A stretch of 64,000 nucleotides of DNA from an uncultured Gemmatimonadales bacterium (GCA_963828735.1 CAWHFW010000005.1:2176001-2240000); one strand, 5' to 3'. Numbered from the stretch's first letter, positions 47,793-56,220 are shown. Translations and numbers: made by a program. The notes: a model not told the origin generated them from the sequence alone.

Positions 47793-47963
47793 GGGCGATA
47801 TATAGCCCCGGAGGGAAGGGCCGGTAAGCACCGCTGGCGTTTCGTGCGCGCGCGCCGGCCACGCGATTATCAGCGATACTCCCGCCAAATATCAGGGTAC
47901 CAAGGAGGGCCGCAGGCACCCGCGATCCCGACTCCTCCCCAGCCCGCGCGTCCGAGATGCCCG

Positions 47964-48080
47964 GGCGCAGGCGGGAGCGACGCTCGCAGAGGGAGCGTCA
48001 GGGCGCACTCAAACCCCTGCGCGATTCCACCCCCGGAGCGCCCTGCAGCGACCGGCGCGAGCGTCGCTCCCGCCTGCGCC
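47964..48080. repeat. 117-nt palindromic element with 24-bp perfect inverted arms and an inner 8-bp stem
   Basis: GGCGCAGGCGGGAGCGACGCTCGC (47964-47987) and its exact reverse complement (48057-48080); inner CAGGGCGC/GCGCCCTG. Confidence 0.9.
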
Positions 48081-48144
48081 GCGCCCCCCCGGATTTCCGC
48101 GCGTTTGCGACCCTGCCGCCCACCCCGGCATCTTTCAGAACGCC

Positions 48145-48699
48145 ATGACAGGAACCCACATAATGGACTCGTACCTCCTCGCCAACGCCGAGTCGGTCAT
48201 CGCCCGCGCCAGGGCCGGGGAGGAAGCCGCCCTTGAAGAGCTCTACCGAGCCTTCGAGGCCCCCGTCTACAACCTCGCCCGCCGCATCTGCCGAACCACC
48301 GAAGACGCAGAGGATGTCCTCCAGGAGACCTTCTTCGAGGTCTGCCGGAGCATTGGTCGGTACCGCGAGGAGGGCAGCCTCTGGGGCTGGGTCCGTACGA
48401 TCGCCGCCAGCAAGGCCCTCATGCGGCTCCGTCGGAACAAGTACCGCGACACGGACGAGCTGCAGGAGGATGTGGTCGGGCATCGCCGCGAGGACACGGC
48501 GCTCCGGATGGACCTCGAGGCCGCCCTCGAGCGGCTCTCGGAGACCTCCCGCGCCGTGGTGTGGTTGCACGACGTCGAGGGCTACACCCACGACGAGATC
48601 GCTGGCATGATGGGCAAGACCCCGAGCTTTTCGAAGTCGCAGCTCGCCCGGGCGCATCAGCGGCTCCGGCGCTGGCTCGGTGAGGAGGTGGAGGTATGA
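48145..48699 (+). CDS. ECF RNA polymerase sigma factor (alternative start 48163)
   Basis: DAEDVLQETF, WVRTIA, LHDVEGYTHDEIA..SKSQLARA. Confidence 0.95.
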   Translation: MTGTHIMDSYLLANAESVIARARAGEEAALEELYRAFEAPVYNLARRICRTTEDAEDVLQETFFEVCRSIGRYREEGSLWGWVRTIAASKALMRLRRNKYRDTDELQEDVVGHRREDTALRMDLEAALERLSETSRAVVWLHDVEGYTHDEIAGMMGKTPSFSKSQLARAHQRLRRWLGEEVEV

Positions 48700-49292
48700 C
48701 GCACCTGACGATGGAGATGCTGTTGAGCCTGCGCGAGGCCGGCCAGGAGCCGGGCGATGCCTCCGCGCGGGAGCATCTCGAGGGCTGCCCGGCTTGCCGG
48801 GCCGAGCTCGAGCGGCTGCACCAGCGTGTGGCGCGGATCAAGGCGCTGCCGGCACTGCGTCCCAGCCGCGATCGCTGGCCCCAGGTGGCGGCGCGCCTTC
48901 GCGTCGACCGCCGGGCGCGCCGGCAGCGGACGGCCGGGCTGATAGGCCTCGCCGCCGCCGCATCCATCGCCATGGCGGTCCTCGTGCCGAGGACCGGGAC
49001 GCTCGGCGCGGGCGAGCAGGAGATCCAGGCGGTCATGGCCCGCTCCCAGGCGCTCGAGAGCGCGCTCAGCCAGTACCATCCCGAGGAGCGGATGCTCGAC
49101 GGACGGACCGCCGGCATCGCCCAGGAGCTGGAGGACCGGATCGCCCAGGTGGACCGGGAGCTGGAGATGGCCGACCTGCTCGAGCACCAGTCACACGACG
49201 AGCAGGTGCTCAAGCTCTGGCGCGAACGGGTGGGGCTGCTCGACGCCCTGGTGGATGTCCACGTCACCCGTGCCAGCAACGTGGGGCTTTGA
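48696..49292 (+). CDS. Zinc-finger (zf-HC2/ZAS) transmembrane anti-sigma factor
   Basis: HLEGCPAC, one TM helix, periplasmic helical tail; ATGA overlap with the sigma gene. Confidence 0.9.
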   Translation: MTHLTMEMLLSLREAGQEPGDASAREHLEGCPACRAELERLHQRVARIKALPALRPSRDRWPQVAARLRVDRRARRQRTAGLIGLAAAASIAMAVLVPRTGTLGAGEQEIQAVMARSQALESALSQYHPEERMLDGRTAGIAQELEDRIAQVDRELEMADLLEHQSHDEQVLKLWRERVGLLDALVDVHVTRASNVGL

Positions 49293-49312
49293 GCCCCGAG
49301 GAGAAGCTCGAC

Positions 49313-50215
49313 ATGAACGCTTCGTTCGTCCTGGCCGTCACGCTGACCGTTGCTAGCCTCGCCGCGCAGGGCGGGGCCCTCGTCGCCCAGAACCGGGCCG
49401 ACTCCGACTCGCTCCGCGACGACACGTTCGAGCAGCGCGTGGACGGGCCCGACCACCTCATGCGGATCGTGATGAACCGCCGGGCCCGCCTCGGGATCAA
49501 GGTCAACCTGCAGGCGCGCGCCACGGACTCCCTCGGGGCCTACGTCGAGTCGGTGTCCCCCAATGGCCCTGCCCAGAAGGCCGGGCTCCGGTCGGGTGAC
49601 CTCATCACCAAGCTGGACGGCAAGTCCGTGCTGACCGGCGGACAGGCCGACGAAGGCCCGGACCAGCACCAGTCGCTGCCGGGACTCCGCCTGGTCGAGC
49701 TGGCCGCCCGGCTCGAGCCCAACGACACCGTGCCGATCGAGTACCTCCGTGGCAAGGATCGGCGGACCGTTAGGGTCGTGACCGAGGACGAGCCCGACAC
49801 GTTCGTGCAGGGCCCGGATGGGCACCGTCCCTTTGCCATGCGTTTCTCGCAGCCCGGCATGCGGGACCGGTTCCAGGTGGGCGACTTCCAGGGCGACATG
49901 GGCCCGGGCCAGCGGTTCGAGTTCCTGGCCGGCGGCCCGCTCGGCGACCTCGACCTGGCGCCGCTCAACCCCGATCTGGGTCAGTACTTCGGCACCACCG
50001 AGGGCGTGCTGGTGATCCGCGCGCCGCAGGATGGGAGCCTCGGACTCAAGGGCGGGGACGTAGTGCAGGCGGTGGACGGTCGCAAGCCTTCGAGCCCAGC
50101 CCATCTCCTGCGCATCTTGCGGAGCTATGATCGAGGCGAAACCTTCAAGTTGGACATTCTGCGCAACCGGAAGCGGGAAACGGTCACGGCCCGCCTCGGC
50201 CCGCACGACGGCTGA
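49313..50215 (+). CDS. Secreted tandem-PDZ protein
   Basis: Signal peptide; RLGI..GPAQKAGLRSGDLITKLDG and GLKGGDVVQAVDG; no protease domain seen. Confidence 0.9.
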   Translation: MNASFVLAVTLTVASLAAQGGALVAQNRADSDSLRDDTFEQRVDGPDHLMRIVMNRRARLGIKVNLQARATDSLGAYVESVSPNGPAQKAGLRSGDLITKLDGKSVLTGGQADEGPDQHQSLPGLRLVELAARLEPNDTVPIEYLRGKDRRTVRVVTEDEPDTFVQGPDGHRPFAMRFSQPGMRDRFQVGDFQGDMGPGQRFEFLAGGPLGDLDLAPLNPDLGQYFGTTEGVLVIRAPQDGSLGLKGGDVVQAVDGRKPSSPAHLLRILRSYDRGETFKLDILRNRKRETVTARLGPHDG

Positions 50216-50281
50216 TGTGCGCCGCCTCACAGATGTCCTTTGGGGACCGCGATATATGTTCGGCCCACCTTGGAGGGCACT

Positions 50282-50548
50282 ATGAGTTTCCTGTGGACCT
50301 TGATCATCGGCTTGGTCGTCGGGGCGATTGCCAAGCTGCTGATGCCCGGCAGGGATCCGGGCGGCGTGATCGTGACGATGCTGATCGGCGTGGCCGGTGC
50401 CCTGTTGGCTGGGTTTCTCGGCCGGGCCCTCGGCTGGTACTCTGACCCGGGGACAGGTCCGGGCATCATCGCTTCCATCATCGGCGCGATGATCCTGCTG
50501 TTCATCTACCGTTTGTTCGTCGGCCGCCGGGGGACGACGGTTCCGTAG
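50282..50548 (+). CDS. GlsB/YeaQ/YmgE (transglycosylase-associated) membrane protein
   Basis: IIGLVVGAIAKLLMPGRDPGG..IGAMILL; GGAGG RBS. Confidence 0.92.
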   Translation: MSFLWTLIIGLVVGAIAKLLMPGRDPGGVIVTMLIGVAGALLAGFLGRALGWYSDPGTGPGIIASIIGAMILLFIYRLFVGRRGTTVP

Positions 50549-50564
50549 CGACGGACAGACCAGG

Positions 50565-50613
50565 AAACGAAAGGACGGAGGGTCGCACCACCGACCCTCC
50601 GTCCTTTTCGTTT
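50565..50613. terminator. Bidirectional intrinsic terminator between convergent genes
   Basis: AAACGAAA-GGACGGAGGGTCG-caccac-CGACCCTCCGTCC-TTTTCGTTT. Confidence 0.92.
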
Positions 50614-50632
50614 GGTGGCCTTCGTTCGACCG

Positions 50633-52354
50633 CTACGCCATCGCGACCCGCACGCGCGCGGGCCGGTCGGGATGTACCTGCCGGGCGAGCGCCGCGAACA
50701 TGGGTATGTCGAGGCTCTGCGCTCCGTCGCTCATCGCCTTCGATGGGTCCGGGTGCACCTCCACGATGAGGCCGCAGGCGCCGGCCGCGAGCGAGCCCAG
50801 GCTGAGCGGTGTCACGAGCGAGCGCACGCCGGCGGCGTGGCTCGGGTCCACGATCACGGGCAGGTGCGTCCGCTCGAGCACCATCGCGACCGCGTTCAAA
50901 TCCAGCGTGTGTCGCGTAGCGCGCTCGAAGGTCCGGATGCCCCGCTCGCAGAGCACCACGTTCGGGTTCCCCTCCGCGAGGATGTACTCGGCCGCCATCA
51001 GCCACTCCTCGATGGTGGCGCCCGCGCCTCGCTTGAGCAGGATCGGCTTGCCGCTCCGGCTCGCGGCGCGGAGCAGGGTGAAGTTCTGCATGTTGCGCGC
51101 GCCGATCTGGAGCATGTCGGCGAAGTGTCCCACCACCGCGACCTCCTCCCAGCTCAAGACCTCCGTCACTACTGGGAGGCCGGTCCGCTCGCGCGCGTCC
51201 GCCAGGTACCGCAGGCCTTTGACGCCGAGCCCCTGGAAGTCGTACGGGGAGGTGCGCGGCTTGTAGGCGCCGCCTCTCAGCATGTCGCCGCCCGCCTGCG
51301 CCACGGCGTCGGCGGTCTCGAGGATCATCGCCTCGCTCTCGACCGAGCACGGGCCGGCGATGAGCACACGCTCACCCCCGCCGAACGTGAGCGGCCCGAC
51401 CGGCACCCGCGTCCCCTCCGGGATGCGCCGGCGGTCCACCAGCGGAATGTCCGGCTTCCTGGTGTGGTGGGCCGGGGTCGGCGGTGGGGCCGACAGGCGC
51501 GACCCTTCGATCCAGGCCTCGTAGCTGCCGAGCACCACGACCCTCGCCGCGAGCGCCTCGACCTCCTCCAGCGCCTCCGCGACGCGCGGATCCGCGGTCG
51601 AGCCGTCGATGTCCACGTAGAAGCGGTACGTCCATGGTGCCGACCGCTCCGGCCGTGACTGCAGCGCCATGAGGTTGACCCCTCGAACGCCGAAGGCCTG
51701 GAGTGTGAGAGCGAGCATGCCCGGCTTGTGGTCGATCAGCACGATGAGCGAGGTCTTGAAGCGGGTGGTGCCCGCGCTTCCGGCCGGCAACCCTGCCGCA
51801 TCGGCCCGGGTGAAGGTGAGAAAGCGCGTCTGGTTGGTCGGATCGTCCTCGATCCGTTCGGCGAGCGGAACCAGACCATGGGCGTCCGCCGCGTGGCGGG
51901 CGGCGATGGCCGCGAGCGCTGGATTCCCCTCGCCCGCCACCAGCTCCGCGCTGCCCGCCGTGTCCCAGGCGCTCACCAGCTCGACGTTCGGCAGGTGCTC
52001 CGACAGCCAGATGCGGCACTGGCCAAGGGCGACGGGGTGCGACAGCACCCGCTTGATCCCGTCGAGGCGCGCGCCCGGCAGCGCCATGATCGTGTGGTGC
52101 ACCGGATACAGGATCTCGTGCGTCAGCCGGAGCGTGCCGTCCCCGAAGGCCTCCTCGAGCAGGTCGTACGTGGTCGTCACCGAGCCGATCAGCGAGTTCT
52201 CGATCGGGAGGCAGCCGGCCTCCGCCTCGCCCGCCCGTACCGCGGCTACCACGTCCTTGGCCTCCCGACAGGGAAGGGTCGTCAGGTCGGGCCAGCGCCG
52301 CCGAGCCGCCGCTTCGCTGAACGAGCCGTGAGTACCCTGAATCGCCACGCGCAT
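50633..52354 (-). CDS. Fusion of prephenate dehydratase (+ACT) and type I-beta DAHP synthase
   Basis: N-half: GSFSE, PIENS, SHPVALGQC, NQTRF, QSRP. C-half: IAGPCSVE, KPRTSPYDFQG, IGARNMQN, LLKRG, DPSH, EVHPDP. One continuous frame. Confidence 0.95.
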   Translation of the reverse strand: MRVAIQGTHGSFSEAAARRRWPDLTTLPCREAKDVVAAVRAGEAEAGCLPIENSLIGSVTTTYDLLEEAFGDGTLRLTHEILYPVHHTIMALPGARLDGIKRVLSHPVALGQCRIWLSEHLPNVELVSAWDTAGSAELVAGEGNPALAAIAARHAADAHGLVPLAERIEDDPTNQTRFLTFTRADAAGLPAGSAGTTRFKTSLIVLIDHKPGMLALTLQAFGVRGVNLMALQSRPERSAPWTYRFYVDIDGSTADPRVAEALEEVEALAARVVVLGSYEAWIEGSRLSAPPPTPAHHTRKPDIPLVDRRRIPEGTRVPVGPLTFGGGERVLIAGPCSVESEAMILETADAVAQAGGDMLRGGAYKPRTSPYDFQGLGVKGLRYLADARERTGLPVVTEVLSWEEVAVVGHFADMLQIGARNMQNFTLLRAASRSGKPILLKRGAGATIEEWLMAAEYILAEGNPNVVLCERGIRTFERATRHTLDLNAVAMVLERTHLPVIVDPSHAAGVRSLVTPLSLGSLAAGACGLIVEVHPDPSKAMSDGAQSLDIPMFAALARQVHPDRPARVRVAMA

Positions 52355-52370
52355 GGTCTGCTCCGAGGAT

Positions 52371-52407
52371 GAAAACGAAACGCCCCGCCGGATCGGTCCG
52401 GCGGGGC
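52371..52407 (-). terminator. Attenuator terminator hairpin upstream of the pheA-DAHPS fusion
   Basis: Minus strand GCCCCGCCGGA-ccga-TCCGGCGGGGC (11-bp stem) then GTTTCGTTTT, shortly before the RBS and ATG at 52354. Confidence 0.92.
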
Positions 52408-52434
52408 AGCGATGGGGGGTCCGGTCGGCGAGCG

Positions 52435-52524
52435 CTACACGACGCTACCGACACCGGACGGGCATCGAGCCGCGCCGGCGTTGGTAAAATAGAAGTAGAA
52501 CCACGCGCTATTGGACCGAATCAT
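52435..52524 (-). CDS. Aromatic amino-acid attenuator leader peptide (29 aa)
   Basis: MIRSNSAWFYFYFTNAGAARCPSGVGSVV*; six consecutive aromatic codons TGG TTC TAC TTC TAT TTT. Confidence 0.9.
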   Translation of the reverse strand: MIRSNSAWFYFYFTNAGAARCPSGVGSVV

Positions 52525-52530
52525 GGAGTG

Positions 52531-52560
52531 AACGTACCGGCGCATCCTCGGATTTGTCAA
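52531..52560 (-). promoter_or_regulatory. Sigma70 promoter giving a leaderless transcript of the leader peptide
   Basis: TTGACA (52560-52555)-18 nt-TACGTT (52536-52531)-6 nt-ATG; no Shine-Dalgarno. Confidence 0.8.
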
Positions 52561-52581
52561 GCGAGGTATCTTTTCCGGCTC

Positions 52582-53550
52582 GTGACGCGCCCACTCCCCG
52601 TCCTCACCGGACTCCTGATCCTGTCGTGCCTCCTGTCGCGGCCCGCCGGGGCCCAGGGGTTGCCGTCGTACGCGCCCATCAATCCCGTGGCGGATTCACG
52701 GACGACGCTCGGCTTCGAGCCCTACCGCGGGCCTCAACTCGACCGGTGGAGCCTCGGGCTGTCCCTCGACTACGCCAGCTCGATCGAGTACTTCACGGCC
52801 TCGCACGCGGACTACGTGCTCGACGCCGAGCTGATGCGGCTACGCCTGCGCGTGGCTAGGGACCTGAGCCCATCAGCCTTCGTCATGGCGGACGTCGCGG
52901 TTCAGGGCAGCTATGCCGGGTTCCTCGACGGGTTTCTCGACTGGTATCACAATCTCCTCGGCATCACGCTCGAGGCCCGCGAGCTCCGTCCGCAGAACGA
53001 GTTCCTCTACGAGATGGCGCTGCCGGACCGCGTGGTGCGCACGCGGGACCCGAGCGACATGTTCCTGGGCGACGTGCGTCTCTCGGCCGGCCTCCGGCGC
53101 GGGCCGCACTTCCAGGCAATCGCGACCGTCACGCTTCCGACCTCCACCGGGCCCACCGGTTATGGGCGTGGCGTGGTCGCCGGTGGTGTGATCGCGACGG
53201 TGCGGGCCCCGCTGGCGAAGCCGCTGGTCTACGAGGGAAGTCTGGGTCTGGGGTACACGCCCACCCACGGCGATCTCACGGCCTACCAGCACACCACCTT
53301 TGTCTCGTTGAGCTCGGGAATGCGCTGGCGGTTCTGGGGACGACAGTCGCTGTACGCGAATCTCTTCTACCACAGTCCGTACTATCACGACACGACGCTT
53401 CCGTCGCTCGATCGCCGGGACCTCTCGCTCGATTTCGGCTGGATCCTGGCGACGCGGAGCGGCCGCGAGTGGCGGATCGGCATGACCGAGGACCTGGAGC
53501 CGAGCGGCCCTGCGATAGATCTCGTGTTTCGGCTGGGGGTGGCCCACTGA
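52582..53550 (+). CDS. DUF3187-like outer-membrane beta-barrel protein
   Basis: Signal peptide; GFLDGFLDWYH, LPT..G, EDL; alternating beta strands. Confidence 0.75.
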   Translation: MTRPLPVLTGLLILSCLLSRPAGAQGLPSYAPINPVADSRTTLGFEPYRGPQLDRWSLGLSLDYASSIEYFTASHADYVLDAELMRLRLRVARDLSPSAFVMADVAVQGSYAGFLDGFLDWYHNLLGITLEARELRPQNEFLYEMALPDRVVRTRDPSDMFLGDVRLSAGLRRGPHFQAIATVTLPTSTGPTGYGRGVVAGGVIATVRAPLAKPLVYEGSLGLGYTPTHGDLTAYQHTTFVSLSSGMRWRFWGRQSLYANLFYHSPYYHDTTLPSLDRRDLSLDFGWILATRSGREWRIGMTEDLEPSGPAIDLVFRLGVAH

Positions 53551-53553
53551 CGG

Positions 53554-53799
53554 TCAGGTGCCGACCTGACCCGCCTTGAAGAGGAACTGCTCCATGTTGC
53601 GGAACAGAAACTCCTTCGCCTTGGGATCGCGAAGGTTGAGCCCGTAATGGTTGATCAGCTGCTGCTGCATCTTGAGCCACTCGCCCCAGCACACCCCGCA
53701 GATCTCGTCGTAGGCTCGCTTGCCTAGCTCGTTCTGAAAGGGCTGAAAGGCCATCTTGTCGCGCTCGAGACCGCAGCGCGCGCAATGCACGGTCGACAT
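53554..53799 (-). CDS. yggX: Fe(II)-trafficking / oxidative damage protection protein YggX
   Basis: VHC..PFQNELGKR..IC..CW.EWLKMQ..LINHYGL..FL..MEQFLF. Confidence 0.9.
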   Translation of the reverse strand: MSTVHCARCGLERDKMAFQPFQNELGKRAYDEICGVCWGEWLKMQQQLINHYGLNLRDPKAKEFLFRNMEQFLFKAGQVGT

Positions 53800-53872
53800 G
53801 CGGGCAAGATAGACGTCTCCCAGAGTGTGATCCAGTCTACGGGCAGCGTAGGCAATCTGCATTACCTTGCAT

Positions 53873-54154
53873 TCAGGGCGTGATTTGGTAGCGCGCCCGG
53901 TCAGTCCGGCGAATGATGCGGGCCCCCGATGCGGTTCCGAACCCGGTCCCGATGCCGAACATCACCGCCGGTGCCACGCTTACGAGTGGCAGCAGTGCCA
54001 GCGGCCAGGCGAAGGTGAACGCGAGTGCACCGGCCACGAGGGGGGCCCAGCCGCTGTGAATAGCATCGACGAAGCGCAGGCGATTCCGCACGAAGCTTCT
54101 GGCCATGAGGTAGCCGGTGACCCCTGCGGCCACGGCCAAGAGTATTTGCAGCAT
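53873..54154 (-). CDS. Small hypothetical membrane protein
   Basis: GAGGT RBS; three hydrophobic segments; FVRNRLRFVDA. Confidence 0.75.
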   Translation of the reverse strand: MLQILLAVAAGVTGYLMARSFVRNRLRFVDAIHSGWAPLVAGALAFTFAWPLALLPLVSVAPAVMFGIGTGFGTASGARIIRRTDRARYQITP

Positions 54155-54334
54155 ACAGATACCTCGGTTGAGGACATGAAGGCCGCGTTACAGTACGAAA
54201 CGTGCGTAAAAAAGATTCGCCGACGGAACGCGGCCAGGCATCAGAATCGCTGCAGTGAGAGCACGTATCGCGGGTGGAAGTGCCCGTGTCCTTGCCCCAG
54301 TCCCTATTGTTCCCATAAGGGAAGGAGGCTACCG

Positions 54335-54763
54335 ATGCGACATCCGACGGTGCAAGTGCCCAACATCGGACCCATGGACCACGCGTGGGACCTCTTGGGC
54401 GAGTGGCAGACTGAGTTCGAGCTGCCCGAGACCGAGTCGCCGGTCCATGGCAAGGTGACCTTCCGGTCGTGGACCGATGCGGAGCTGAGCCTGGATCCCG
54501 TGGAGGCGGCCATCGCCGGCATTCCGGCGTCGGTGCCGCTCGAGCGGGCCAGCGAGATTCACCTGACCGACGCTGGCGGCGGTGCGCTTCAGTGGGTATT
54601 GCACGCGCCGTCCACCAACTGGTCGCTGCAAGCCACCATGTGGCCCGGGTCGCTCCACCTGTTCGTAAGCGACGCCGATGATGACGAGGAGCAATTGTAC
54701 CGCGCGCGAGCCGTTCGGGCTCAGGATTACTACCTGAGGAAATACCCGATCGATCCTGAATGA
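54335..54763 (+). CDS. Hypothetical beta-rich cytoplasmic protein
   Basis: AAGGAGG RBS; MRHPTVQVPNIGPMDHAWDLLGEW...; strong GC3 bias. Confidence 0.8.
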   Translation: MRHPTVQVPNIGPMDHAWDLLGEWQTEFELPETESPVHGKVTFRSWTDAELSLDPVEAAIAGIPASVPLERASEIHLTDAGGGALQWVLHAPSTNWSLQATMWPGSLHLFVSDADDDEEQLYRARAVRAQDYYLRKYPIDPE

Positions 54764-55131
54764 TCGTGCGCACCATCGAGCTCCGGCTCCACGGGTTCGG
54801 CGCTCCGCCCGCGTCCGCGCGGGCGGAGGTCGCCGAGCTCGCCCCCGCCGATCGCCTCAAGCGGGCCGCCGTCGTGTTCGGTGCCTTTCTCGCCGTGGCG
54901 ATCATCGCGCTTCCCATCCCGATCGTGCATTTCATGCTGGTGCCGGGTGGGCTGTTGCTGGCGGTGGTGCTGGGCGGCGTTCGCCTTCGCGAGGGCACCA
55001 TCTTCCGGGACGTGAGCGGCCGCTGCCCGTTCTGCGGCATGGAGCAGCACTTCCCGCTGTTCGGCCGGTTCAGGCTCCCGAAGGACGTGCATTGCACGAG
55101 CTGCGGTCGGAAGTTGACGCTGGAGGAGTGA
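54760..55131 (+). CDS. 2-TM protein with a C-terminal zinc ribbon
   Basis: IPIVHF TM hairpin; CPFC...CTSC; ATGA overlap. Confidence 0.8.
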   Translation: MIVRTIELRLHGFGAPPASARAEVAELAPADRLKRAAVVFGAFLAVAIIALPIPIVHFMLVPGGLLLAVVLGGVRLREGTIFRDVSGRCPFCGMEQHFPLFGRFRLPKDVHCTSCGRKLTLEE

Positions 55132-55144
55132 GACCGGTGTCCCG

Positions 55145-55207
55145 GTCGTCCTGAATGAGCGAAGGGGGCATGCGTGACCGCATGCCCCTTCGGTGTTCCG
55201 GAATGCC
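55145..55207. repeat. Palindromic REP-like element or terminator between convergent genes
   Basis: Core CGAAGGGGGCATGCG-tgac-CGCATGCCCCTTCG (55160-55192) with degenerate outer arms. Confidence 0.7.
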
Positions 55208-55227
55208 GTGCGGCGCCGCGATGATCC

Positions 55228-56220
55228 CTACCAGCGCACCAACGCGCTCCCCCACAGAAACCCGCTTCCGAACGCTGTCATCGCGACGAGATCCCCGCTC
55301 CGAACCTTCCCACTCCGGACGCACTCGTCCAACGCGATCGGAATCGTCGCGGCGGTGGTGTTTCCGTACCACATGATGTTGTTGTAGACCTGGTCGTCGT
55401 GCAGGCCCAGGGCCTTCTGCATCATCTCGGCGATGCGGAGGTTGGCCTGGTGCGCCACGAGCAGGCTCAAATCCTTGGTGGTGTGCCCGGTGGCTGTGAG
55501 CACGGCCTGCACCGACTCCGGCATGCGCGCCACGGCGTGGCGGAAGACCTCCTTCCCGTCCATCTCCAGGAAGTGGCGCTCCTCCTCGATCTGACGCGCC
55601 GACATGCGTGGGTGATACATCGAGCCAGGCGCATCGACCCAGAGCTTCTCCGCATAGGTCCCGTCGCCGTGCAGGTCGAAGGCGAGGATGCCGCGATCGT
55701 CCTCGCTCGGACCCAACACCGCCGCGCCGGCGCCGTCGGCGAAGATCACCGCGGTGTTCCGTCCCCGGCTGCTGACGTCCATGGCGGTAGACTGGACCTC
55801 CGCCCCGACGACCAGCACGTGACGGAACGTCCCGCCGCGGATGAAGGCATCCGCGACCGCGAGCGCGTAGACGAATCCGCTGCACTGGTTCCGGATGTCG
55901 ATGGAGGGGATGGCCCCGACGCCGAGAAGCCGCTGGAGGTAGACGCCGTTGCCGGGTGCGAAGTGATCGGGGGTAGACGTGGCGTAGATGATCGCGTCGA
56001 TCTCAGCCGGGGCGAGTCCCGCCGCGCCAAGGGCCCGCGTCGTCGCGGCGTGCGCCAGAGCGGTTCCGGTCTCTCCCTCGCGCACCCACCGGCGTTCCTG
56101 GATCCCGGTTCGCGTCCGGATCCATTCGTCGCTCGTGTCCATCAGGTGGGAGAGGTCGTCGTTGGTCACGACGCGGTCGGGCACGGCCAGACCAGTGCCG
56201 AGGAAGCGCGCGCGGGGCAT
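55228..56220 (-). CDS. fabH: Beta-ketoacyl-ACP synthase III
   Basis: DTSDEWIRTRTGI, NQCSGF (Cys), FADGAGA, HQANLRI, YGNT, FGSGFLWG. Confidence 0.96.
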   Translation of the reverse strand: MPRARFLGTGLAVPDRVVTNDDLSHLMDTSDEWIRTRTGIQERRWVREGETGTALAHAATTRALGAAGLAPAEIDAIIYATSTPDHFAPGNGVYLQRLLGVGAIPSIDIRNQCSGFVYALAVADAFIRGGTFRHVLVVGAEVQSTAMDVSSRGRNTAVIFADGAGAAVLGPSEDDRGILAFDLHGDGTYAEKLWVDAPGSMYHPRMSARQIEEERHFLEMDGKEVFRHAVARMPESVQAVLTATGHTTKDLSLLVAHQANLRIAEMMQKALGLHDDQVYNNIMWYGNTTAATIPIALDECVRSGKVRSGDLVAMTAFGSGFLWGSALVRW

